From an uncultured Nitrospiraceae bacterium (GTDB lineage: Bacteria; Nitrospirota; Thermodesulfovibrionia; Thermodesulfovibrionales; SM23-35), in assembly GCA_963718855.1 (NCBI GenBank), contig CAVRAA010000009.1, positions 430,014 to 494,013 of the forward strand: a stretch of 64,000 bases of DNA. Direction: 5' to 3'. Position 1 is the first letter of the stretch; every line of letters starts with the position of its first letter. Both the position numbers and the translations under genes were made by a program. This document shows, piece after piece, positions 35,360 to 43,381 of the stretch. The notes beneath the pieces were generated by a model that did no database searches, was not told the DNA's origin, and saw only the letters and a list, made by a program, of their open reading frames with translations.

Positions 35360-35780
35360 GGAGTGACTCCGCCTCCTGTCTGTGCTTTGCTCCTACCATA
35401 AAGCCTGTTCCCTGAAATCCAAGGTCCTGTGCCTTATCGAGGACAGGACGTATCTTGACAAACTCCAGTGAAGCATCGGCATTGATGAGAAGCCGCCTTT
35501 CAGGGTTCTCGTTGTGCAGGAGGGCGAGCGCATTGCCAAGGGCATCAATGCCGTCTTGCTGCTGGTCATCCATGAAGTACTGCCCGTCAGCCGTTATGCT
35601 GATTTTCATCGGCTCCTGTTTATACTTCACTTTCGGATCAGGATTAAACACCCCGGGCAGGGTCACGGGAATCTGTTCGAGCATCCTCGGTATCACAACC
35701 ATAAAGATAATCAGGAGCACCAGGCAAACGTCCACGAGCGGTGTAACGTTTATGTTCGGACTAATTTCTCTCCTTTGCAA
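35349..35780 (-). CDS. exbD: biopolymer transport protein ExbD/TolR (second copy)
   Basis: 143 aa: NVTPLVDVCLVLLIIFMV. Confidence 0.85.
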   Translation of the reverse strand: MQRREISPNINVTPLVDVCLVLLIIFMVVIPRMLEQIPVTLPGVFNPDPKVKYKQEPMKISITADGQYFMDDQQQDGIDALGNALALLHNENPERRLLINADASLEFVKIRPVLDKAQDLGFQGTGFMVGAKHRQEAESLHGI

Positions 35781-36414
35781 CGCTCTCCTCCATCTTCTCT
35801 ATGAGTTCTCCTGCTATTGTCTTGAGAATCCTCTCTTCCCTGTCGAACTGCGAAGCGAGAAAATAAAAAATCATAACTGCGGGGATCGCGACAAAAAGAC
35901 CGAGGGCTGTCTCGACAAGCGCTTCGGAAATTCCGGCAGAAACCGCCGTCAGGCCACCGGTTCCTGATGCGGCTATTCCCCTGAACGCGGAAACGATACC
36001 GATAACCGTGCCGAGCAGTCCGATAAAAGGAGCGGTTGAGCCTACTGTTGAGAGGACGGTGAGCCCCCGCCTCATCTCCTGCGTGAGCGCTTCAAAATAC
36101 CGCTCAAGTTTGTTGCTCACCTTCTTCGGATCTTTGTCTTTCAGGAAATCCCCTATCCCCTTTCCGACCACTTTCGCAGCATAACTTGAGGGGAACTGCA
36201 GGCTTAAATCAAACGTTGCCTGATATTTGGGGTTGCTGAGAAGCACCTCAGCCTGTTTAATGAATTCCCGTGAGGTCTTGCGGTGCCGGGATAGCACAAT
36301 AAACCTTTCGATAAAAACAGCAAGCGACAGCAGTCCCATGATAATCAAAACTACAGCCACCCCTTTTGCGAGGGGACTCATTGCGCTCCACATCTGAATC
36401 CAGTTAAATTCCAT
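35761..36414 (-). CDS. exbB: MotA/TolQ/ExbB proton-channel protein
   Basis: 217 aa, 3 TM segments: APFIGLLGTVIGIVSAF ... GISEALVETALGL. Confidence 0.9.
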   Translation of the reverse strand: MEFNWIQMWSAMSPLAKGVAVVLIIMGLLSLAVFIERFIVLSRHRKTSREFIKQAEVLLSNPKYQATFDLSLQFPSSYAAKVVGKGIGDFLKDKDPKKVSNKLERYFEALTQEMRRGLTVLSTVGSTAPFIGLLGTVIGIVSAFRGIAASGTGGLTAVSAGISEALVETALGLFVAIPAVMIFYFLASQFDREERILKTIAGELIEKMEESVAKERN

Positions 36415-36464
36415 GACGTTCCTCCTTAGTACGTTTCTCTTCCTTCATTCTTACGACGAACAGC

Positions 36465-37175
36465 CTATGCCGCCACCTTAAACGGAATCTTGACAATGTG
36501 ATATATAGTTATGGGTTTGTTGTTGTAATATGCAGGTTTAAATTTCCATTTTTTCACCGCATCCGTTGCTGCGCTGATGAATGGCTCTTCTCCCTTCATC
36601 ACTTCGACCTTTCCAACATTCCCCTGTGTATCAATTATTATTTTTAGAACTACCATTCCCATCAGTCCTTTGTTCCTTGCCTCAGACGGATATTTTGGTA
36701 TCGGATTATTCTCAAGGGGTTGCGGAGGTATTGCTTCTTCAGGCAACCGGATAGGCTCAGGAGCCTGAGGCGTTTCGACCTTTCCCCCCTCTGCTCCCAA
36801 AGGGTCAAACTTATTGGGATCATATTTCCCGTAGACAGCCACTCCCTTGTCCTTGCCGGGGTCGGCTTCCTTTGGAGGAGCATCAGGCACCACGGTTGGG
36901 GCGAGAATTTCCTGAACAACGGGTTGGCTGACCTCGACCACTTTCATGTCTTTCGGAACAACAGGGGCCGGTTTCGGTTCCTCCGGTTTGACCACTTCCT
37001 CAACAAAATCCACATCCACCTGCTTCTGGCTTTCTTCCGGCAAAACCGAAACATTGCCCCTCAGTATCGAAACAGCATAAAAAAGCAGCAAATAACAGAC
37101 TACCGCCAGAAGAACAGAGACACCCCATCTCCTAAAGGAAAAGCCTTGACCTTCCTGATATACGTCGTCGAACAT
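36465..37175 (-). CDS. tonB: energy transducer TonB
   Basis: N-terminal TM anchor, Pro/Glu/Lys-rich spacer (EEPKPAPVVPKD...), C-terminal YPSEARNKGLMGMVVLKIIIDTQGNV. Confidence 0.8.
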   Translation of the reverse strand: MFDDVYQEGQGFSFRRWGVSVLLAVVCYLLLFYAVSILRGNVSVLPEESQKQVDVDFVEEVVKPEEPKPAPVVPKDMKVVEVSQPVVQEILAPTVVPDAPPKEADPGKDKGVAVYGKYDPNKFDPLGAEGGKVETPQAPEPIRLPEEAIPPQPLENNPIPKYPSEARNKGLMGMVVLKIIIDTQGNVGKVEVMKGEEPFISAATDAVKKWKFKPAYYNNKPITIYHIVKIPFKVAA

Positions 37176-37176
37176 A

Positions 37177-37752
37177 TTATTTATAGCTGAAGACCTTATA
37201 GGCGCCGTTCAATTCAAAAACAGCCCCGAACATCTTCACTTCTCCTTCCTTTCCTTCTTCATCCCGCACAGTAAGAACAGGCTCGCCATGTACTCTGGCA
37301 TCCTGATATGCTACGGGCTCCTCCGAAAAACGAACGTTGACAAACTCAAGCGGCTTCCCGCCGTACTTCACCAGCAGCCCTGCAAGCGCAAAAGAAGACT
37401 TTTGATGCAGATCGCCCCAGAAAAATTCAAAGGGCATTCTGACTTCAGGCCTGCTCCACCTGGAATACGGCCAATAATATCGTTTAAATTCATCTGCGCT
37501 CAGCGCCAGTGCCTCCAATGTTTTCACGTCTTTGTGCGCCACCTTTTCCAGAACCTCTTTGCATAATTCATCAATGGAAGGTCTTGCATTGACAAGGCCC
37601 TGTTCCTCTTGCATGTCCTGCGGTGCAACAGGAGTCAAAGGTTTGTCTACCCCGGCCATACACGAAGTTAAAAGAAAAAAAAGGAGTCCCGCCAGGGAAA
37701 GATGTTTGACGTTCCTGCGGGATAACTGATTACCGTTTTGCCTTGCCAACAC
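37177..37752 (-). CDS. hypothetical lipoprotein, first gene of the TonB operon
   Basis: Lipobox-like LLTSC after a hydrophobic segment. No other recognisable motif. Confidence 0.45.
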   Translation of the reverse strand: MLARQNGNQLSRRNVKHLSLAGLLFFLLTSCMAGVDKPLTPVAPQDMQEEQGLVNARPSIDELCKEVLEKVAHKDVKTLEALALSADEFKRYYWPYSRWSRPEVRMPFEFFWGDLHQKSSFALAGLLVKYGGKPLEFVNVRFSEEPVAYQDARVHGEPVLTVRDEEGKEGEVKMFGAVFELNGAYKVFSYK

Positions 37753-37862
37753 AGAAAACTCCTTTCATGCCATACGTTGCCACTCTATTGTTAGATCGTT
37801 GCTGATTTTTTTGGACCTGGATCATACCGCATCACCATCGGAAGTGCTTGTTGAAACACTTC

Positions 37863-37907
37863 ATGTTAACAGTTCTTTTATTACAGCAATGTTACAGAAC
37901 GATGAAA
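37863..37907 (-). promoter_or_regulatory. Pho-box-like operator on the minus strand (TTTCAT, TGTAAC, TGTAAT in register) + TAACAT
   Basis: Reverse complements of atgaaa (37902-37907), gttaca (37891-37896) and attaca (37880-37885). -10 candidate at 37868-37863. Confidence 0.5.
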
Positions 37908-37968
37908 TATCAATAAACAATTCATATGTTCCCTAAAACATTCCTTCTTGCGAGACTCGCCAACCATC

Positions 37969-38877
37969 TCATTTCTTCAACTCTGCATCGATCATCTGCT
38001 GGAAACCCTCGATGCTCCGGTTAGCGAGACGTTTGCCGTTCACAAAGATCGTTGGAGTACCGGTCACCCCGGCAGCGCTCCCGTTCTGAACGTCATTCTG
38101 GACTACTGCCTGAACAGATTGATCATTCATATCTTTCTTAAATCTATCGAGGTTGAGGTTCAGTTCCCTGGCAATATCAAGGAACTTCTGATCGCTCAGG
38201 GAACTCATATTTTCAAAAAGCTCGTGGTGATATTCCCAGAACTTCGCCTGCCGGTGTGCGGCAAGGACCGCAGATGAAGCCTTGCGGGCTAACGGATGCA
38301 TTTCGAGCGGAAAGTTCTTGAAAACGAGCTTCACTTCTTTCGGATATTTCTCCAGCACCTGCTGGAGGAGCGGCTCAAGCCGCGCGCAGTAGGGTCATTG
38401 GTAATCGCTGAAGACAGCGATTGTTACCGGTGCGTTTTCAGCCCCTTTGAAGGGCAAGCCCGAAACATCGATTCTGTGTACCAGATCGAGCTGGATGATT
38501 TTCGCAAGGTTCTGAGAGCTGCTTGTGAGAATCAACCTGTTGCTCTTGCCGGAAAAACTCAGCCTGTCAAACTCCGTTCCAATGGGAATGGTCTGGGTCA
38601 CCCTGTCCTCTGCAGCCGAATATACCGATACCGCTCCTGAGGAGAGAATAAAGGCCCATCTGCCATCGTCGGACTGGACAACGTCAAGGGGAGATCCCTC
38701 CAGCGTGAACTGTTTTTTCTCCTTCCACTCCAACTCAGCGCCCGAAAGGGCGGGAAAAGCCAGGAAGGAGATCAGGAGCAATACAAGGAGCCCGGCAACA
38801 GAAATGCTTCTGCCTTTCTGTTCCAATAACAAATACTTTCTCAGTCGTGCCAACACAAACAATTTTCTTCGTATCAT
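37969..38877 (-). CDS. DsbA-family thiol:disulfide oxidoreductase with predicted selenocysteine (UPYC active site), membrane-anchored / periplasmic
   Basis: ORFs 38395-38877 and 37969-38358 share one frame and are separated only by TGA (38397-38395). Read-through gives ...VTIAVFSDYQ-U-PYCARLEPLLQQVLEKYP... ...GTPTIFVNG, so the TGA sits at the first Cys of CxxC. Confidence 0.65.
38350..38394 (-). promoter_or_regulatory. candidate bacterial SECIS region downstream of the in-frame UGA
   Basis: The mRNA reads UGA-CCCUACUGCGC-GCGGC-UUGA-GCCGC-UC-CUCCAGC-AGGU-GCUGGAG. That gives two hairpins, the second with a GGU-containing apical loop. Confidence 0.4.
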
Positions 38878-38954
38878 GCGTTCCCTCTTTTTCCGGTGAG
38901 ATGACTTGGGTCTTCTCTCACGATTTTTGCAGCCACAAAACGAGCTACACGAAT

Positions 38955-38998
38955 ACTTTATCCGATCGATGTTACAGGGATATTACGGGCGTGTTAAG
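38955..38998 (-). promoter_or_regulatory. Pho-box-like operator on the minus strand (CTTAAC, CGTAAT, TGTAAC in register) + TAAAGT
   Basis: Reverse complements of gttaag (38993-38998), attacg (38982-38987) and gttaca (38971-38976). After 10 nt, the -10 lies at 38960-38955. Confidence 0.55.
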
Positions 38999-39095
38999 TT
39001 ATGTTAAAGATAGTGCTTCGCCTGTTGCCCAACGAAATCCCTTTGAAAGAAACGGCCAGTCATATTAACCCGGCAACTAAATACTTTAAAAAATC

Positions 39096-39185
39096 GTCAT
39101 TGTCCGGCTTGACCGGACAATCCAGAACCGAAAGCTTTCGGGATTGAAAAACCTGGATTCCCCGATCAAGTCGGGGAATGACAAG
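39096..39185. repeat. second copy of the paired ctggat...atccag REP hairpins
   Basis: tcattgtccggcttgaccggacaatccag ... ctggattccccgatcaagtcggggaatgaca. Confidence 0.5.
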
Positions 39186-39304
39186 CACAGGAGATTCATA
39201 TGTTTACTTGCCAGAGTAATAGTATCTCCGGCTTTGGGATAGAGATTGAATATCATCGTGCCACAGGAGAGTTAATGGTCTGCAGAATTTACTGATAGAT
39301 ATGT

Positions 39305-39330
39305 ATCCGCAGGGCCGAAGCCCTGCGGAT
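39305..39330 (-). terminator. strong hairpin just downstream of the pilin gene
   Basis: Perfect 11-bp stem atccgcagggc/gccctgcggat with a 4-nt loop (UUCG on the transcribed strand). Confidence 0.55.
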
Positions 39331-39346
39331 AGTTCAGGCTGTAATT

Positions 39347-39850
39347 TTAGTAGTGTACGGTCACACCGACTACGTCGTTGTAAGTTCCGGAAGATACGGA
39401 AGCGCCTGCCAGTAAGCGGGCGTTCACGGTATGCGGCTGGGCTGCGCCGTTGCCGGTATCAGCAACCGGAATGCCGAATGCATAAGTTCCGCCATATCCC
39501 ATATCACCCCATTCTTCCGGATCGCCATTAGGCGTAAAAAGCACATATGGCATGCTCTCTAGGCCCTGCGCAATCGTTCTGTACCCGGCAGCATAGTGCT
39601 GTCCTGCATCAAGGGTAATATTATAGGGCGTCAAATTCGTACAGGTAACAGAAACCCCTCCTGTCATATTGATTTCAGCCCCTGAGTAGGGGCCAAAGGC
39701 TACTGCAGTAGTTGTCACCGAGCATACTGCACCTACAGTGGCGCTCACATCGAGCGTTCCGGTGGCTGTTGCTGCATGCGCTGAACCAAAACCTGCAAGA
39801 CCGAGTGACAGCATCATTGCTGTCGTAAGTAATAGTTTCTTCACTTTCAT
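39347..39850 (-). CDS. spore-coat-U (SCPU) domain pilin, Csu-type
   Basis: Signal peptide, then ...VCSVTTTAVAFGPY ... VSVTCTN..PYNITLDAG ... GTYNDVVGVTVHY. This is the SCPU pattern with the conserved Cys pair. Confidence 0.8.
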   Translation of the reverse strand: MKVKKLLLTTAMMLSLGLAGFGSAHAATATGTLDVSATVGAVCSVTTTAVAFGPYSGAEINMTGGVSVTCTNLTPYNITLDAGQHYAAGYRTIAQGLESMPYVLFTPNGDPEEWGDMGYGGTYAFGIPVADTGNGAAQPHTVNARLLAGASVSSGTYNDVVGVTVHY

Positions 39851-39941
39851 CGTCTTTCTCCTTTTTTCATCTGTTTCAGTTTGTTAGAATCTCCTTTGAC
39901 CCTCCCCTATGGAGAGGGCCAAAGAATGTGTCATTGTTTTG

Positions 39942-42900
39942 TTACTGACAGTTTGCATCTCCAGCGTCTGCTGCGCCGTCGCAGTCATTGTCCAATGTGT
40001 CAGCGCATGTTGCATTGCCGACAGGGCCTTCTACGCCAGGCGTACCTGCCACACAGTTATTGGATGGAGCGCCGTTAGAGCAGGTGATAAGACCCGCCCT
40101 CTTGCATACTCCTACACCGCAGGTTGTCCTTACTGCCGCGATGCTCTCGTCTGTCGAGCCGTCACAGTCGTTATCCTGGCTGTCGCAGACTTCCGCTGAC
40201 GGCGTGCCAGGGGTACAGCTGTTGACCATCTGTCCGTTTGTGCAGGTTGACTGTCCTGATCTTACGCATGCGCCTACGCCGCAGGTTGTCGCTGTGGTGA
40301 GGCCATCGTCAACCGTGCCGTCACAGTCGTCGTCGATGCGGTTACAGGTTTCTGTGCCTGCTGGTTTCGGGGTGCAACTGTCGACCATCTGCCCGCCTGC
40401 ACAGGTTGCCGTGCCGCGCGCTACACATGCGCCTAAACCGCAGGTTGTCCTTACCGCCGCGATGCTCTCGTCTGTCGAGCCGTCGCAGTCATTGTCCTGA
40501 CCGTCGCAGACTTCCGCTGACGGTGAAGCCGGTGTGCAGGTATTGCCTCCCCATAGGCCTGCCGTGCAGGTTTCGGTTCCGGTCCTTGCGCAGCCGCCGA
40601 TACCACAGCTTGTCTGGCGAGTCACGCCATCGTCTACCTGTCCGTCGCAGTCGTCGTCAATGTTATTGCATGTCTCGGCTGCCGAGGCGCCCGGTGTACA
40701 GGTCTGGGCCATCGCTCCGCCGATACATTCATTGTAAGCAGCTCTCTTGCATGCGCCTTCACCGCAGGTTGTGCGGAGCATAACCGGCGCGATGCCTTCG
40801 TCTGTCTGTCCGTCACAGTCATTGTCAGCGCCGTCGCAGACTTCTTCTCCTGTAGGAATACAGGACACGATAGTGAGGCTGCCGTCTACCGATGTGCCGG
40901 GAATCTCATTGGCATTGACATCAACAAGTTCGCTGAAGGTAATATCCAGCAGAGTGCTGCCCAGGTTTGTTCCGGTTGTACATACAAGCTTTACTATGCT
41001 GCCGCTGCCCGCTCCGAGGCCGCTATTCGCCGGGTCATACCCTATAACGCTTATCTGTCCTGCAGACGGGTTGTCATCAAAAGACCACCCTGCGTTTAAC
41101 GAACCAGCGGCGGATGCTGTACAGTTGAGCATGGCAGGATTGTAGCTTACGGTAAACTGGAATGCAGCAACGCCTGCTGCATCACTAATGCTAATCGGGA
41201 TTTCGACCGGGATACCCGGAACATAGCTCACAGTGGGCGTTGAAATCAACCTTGGTTCTACACAGTCGATGTCAGAACCGTCTGCTGCGCCGTCGCAGTC
41301 GTTGTCGATTGAGTCACTGCAGGTCGCGTTTCCGAATGGCCCTTCTGTCTGCGGCGCGTTCGGCACACAGGTGCTGGCAAGCGCATGGTTCGGAAGCACG
41401 CATACCATCTCTCCCGTTGAAGCACATGCACCTACACCGCAGGTTGTCGGCGTCGGCACATAGTTTTCATCAGAGGTGCCGTTGCAGTTTTCGTCTACGT
41501 CGTCACAGTCGTTGTCGGTCCCTGTCGTGGCCCCCGGTGTGCAGTTATCCACCATCACGCCATTCTGGCAGGTTGACTGACCTGTTCTGGCACAAACACC
41601 GACGCCGCAATTTGTGGGGACAGTTGCGATTCCATCATCTACTGTTCCATTGCAATTATTGTCGATACCGTCGCAAACTTCAACGCCTGTCGGCGTACAG
41701 CTGTTGATCGTAACACTTCCGGCAGTTGCTGCACCGGGAATCACCTGTGCATTGACGTCTACAAGTTCACTGAATGTGATATTCATGGGTGTGCTGCTTC
41801 CATATGTACCGATAGCGGAACATACAAGCACAACCAGGCTTCCGCTGCCTGAAGCGATTCCATTATTTGACGGGTCGCTCCCTAAAACAGCTATCTGACC
41901 GGCAATCGGATTATCGTCAAAAGTCCATCCCGCTGTTAAAGCCCCGGTGCCTGCTGCTGTACAGTTGAGCACCGCAGGATCGTAGGTAACGGTGAACTGG
42001 AATGCCGCTATGCCGGTTGCATCGTCAACAGTGATCGGAATGTTGACTGCCGCGCCTCTGTCAGCAGATATCTCAGGGATATCAACTGCCCGAGGCTGAA
42101 CGCAGTTGACGTCTGCGCCGTCTGCTGCGCCGTCGCAATCGTTGTCGGTCGAGTCACCGCAGGTTGCATCACCAAACGGCCCTTCTGTCTGAGGAAGGTT
42201 CGGCCTGCAGGTGTCGGCAAGTGCATGGTTCGGCAGTACGCAGGCCATTTCACCGGTTGATGCACATGCGCCTACTCCGCAGGTTGTCGGAGTCGGCACA
42301 TAGTTTTCATCGGATGTGCCGTTGCAGTTTTCGTCTACGTCGTCACAGTCGTTGTCGGTCCCTGTCGTGGCGCCCGGTGTGCAGTTGTCCACCATCACTC
42401 CGCCCTGGCAGGTTGACTGTCCTGTTCTGGCGCAAACACCTGCGCCGCAGGTGGTCGGAACAGGTGCGATACCGTCATCGGCTGTGCCGTCGCAGTCATC
42501 GTCGATATTGTTGCATGTTTCTGTCGATGGGGTACCCGGTGTGCAGTTGTCCACCATCACGCCGCCCTGACAGGTTGATTCGCCTGTTGCAGCACATGCA
42601 CCCTGACCGCAATTGGTCGGGACTGCAGCGATTCCGTCATCCACCGTGCCGTCGCAGTCGTCATCAATGTTATTGCATATCTCTGTTGCGCCCGGATAAA
42701 CTGCATTGTTGTTATCATTGCAGTCAACTTCACCGCAAGCGCCGCCTTCGATGGCATACGTGTCATTATCAGCATCGGTACATGCGGAACCATTGACAGT
42801 AAATGTGCACCCACCGGTTATTGCAGGAATTGCTTCGTCTATGTACTCATCGCCGGTGTCCGGTGTTCCGTCCGGGTCTACCAGGAAGACAAAACCCTCC

Positions 42901-43322
42901 GGATACCCGCCTGCCATGCCCACTGGGGTGCTGCTTCCAGCGGTTCCCATGACAGTACAGGTAAATGTTGCGATGAGTCCGCTGCCCGGTGCGATGCCGA
43001 CACCGGTTCCATCGTTCAGCAGAATTCTGAAGTCGCCTGCCAGGTCACTGGTAGATATGCCAAATCCAGTGAACAGGCCCCCCCTTGTCGCTGCGGTACA
43101 ATCCAGCACTGCCTGATTAAAATTCAAACCGAGCTGAAGACCGGTCAGCGTGTCCGGCTCGCCGTCAAAATCCCATTCCCCGTAAACAGGGAATTGGACT
43201 GTCGCGCCCGGGTCTGCATTGGGCGGGCAGCCGTTTATCCACAGCTCGTTCGCCGCATACGCATTCGCTGAGAATACAAGAAGCAGGGCAAACAGTATCA
43301 AGAGTATTTTAGCCCTTTTCAT
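39942..43322 (-). CDS. secreted scaffoldin-like protein: three cohesin-like modules separated by MopE-type Cys-rich repeats
   Basis: Signal peptide. Cohesin-like blocks at about 43250-42780, 42100-41690 and 41270-40855 (AAFQFTVTYDPAVLNC...GSGSLVVLVC...). Between and after them lie CNNIDDDCDGTVDDGIA.VPT.CG.G.C..TG.STCQGG repeats. About one residue in ten is Cys. Confidence 0.65.
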   Translation of the reverse strand: MKRAKILLILFALLLVFSANAYAANELWINGCPPNADPGATVQFPVYGEWDFDGEPDTLTGLQLGLNFNQAVLDCTAATRGGLFTGFGISTSDLAGDFRILLNDGTGVGIAPGSGLIATFTCTVMGTAGSSTPVGMAGGYPEGFVFLVDPDGTPDTGDEYIDEAIPAITGGCTFTVNGSACTDADNDTYAIEGGACGEVDCNDNNNAVYPGATEICNNIDDDCDGTVDDGIAAVPTNCGQGACAATGESTCQGGVMVDNCTPGTPSTETCNNIDDDCDGTADDGIAPVPTTCGAGVCARTGQSTCQGGVMVDNCTPGATTGTDNDCDDVDENCNGTSDENYVPTPTTCGVGACASTGEMACVLPNHALADTCRPNLPQTEGPFGDATCGDSTDNDCDGAADGADVNCVQPRAVDIPEISADRGAAVNIPITVDDATGIAAFQFTVTYDPAVLNCTAAGTGALTAGWTFDDNPIAGQIAVLGSDPSNNGIASGSGSLVVLVCSAIGTYGSSTPMNITFSELVDVNAQVIPGAATAGSVTINSCTPTGVEVCDGIDNNCNGTVDDGIATVPTNCGVGVCARTGQSTCQNGVMVDNCTPGATTGTDNDCDDVDENCNGTSDENYVPTPTTCGVGACASTGEMVCVLPNHALASTCVPNAPQTEGPFGNATCSDSIDNDCDGAADGSDIDCVEPRLISTPTVSYVPGIPVEIPISISDAAGVAAFQFTVSYNPAMLNCTASAAGSLNAGWSFDDNPSAGQISVIGYDPANSGLGAGSGSIVKLVCTTGTNLGSTLLDITFSELVDVNANEIPGTSVDGSLTIVSCIPTGEEVCDGADNDCDGQTDEGIAPVMLRTTCGEGACKRAAYNECIGGAMAQTCTPGASAAETCNNIDDDCDGQVDDGVTRQTSCGIGGCARTGTETCTAGLWGGNTCTPASPSAEVCDGQDNDCDGSTDESIAAVRTTCGLGACVARGTATCAGGQMVDSCTPKPAGTETCNRIDDDCDGTVDDGLTTATTCGVGACVRSGQSTCTNGQMVNSCTPGTPSAEVCDSQDNDCDGSTDESIAAVRTTCGVGVCKRAGLITCSNGAPSNNCVAGTPGVEGPVGNATCADTLDNDCDGAADAGDANCQ

Positions 43323-43381
43323 GCTCCCTCCTTTTTCCGTAATTTTTCATAACGTCCTCCATTATTGTTCTATCGTTCTGG

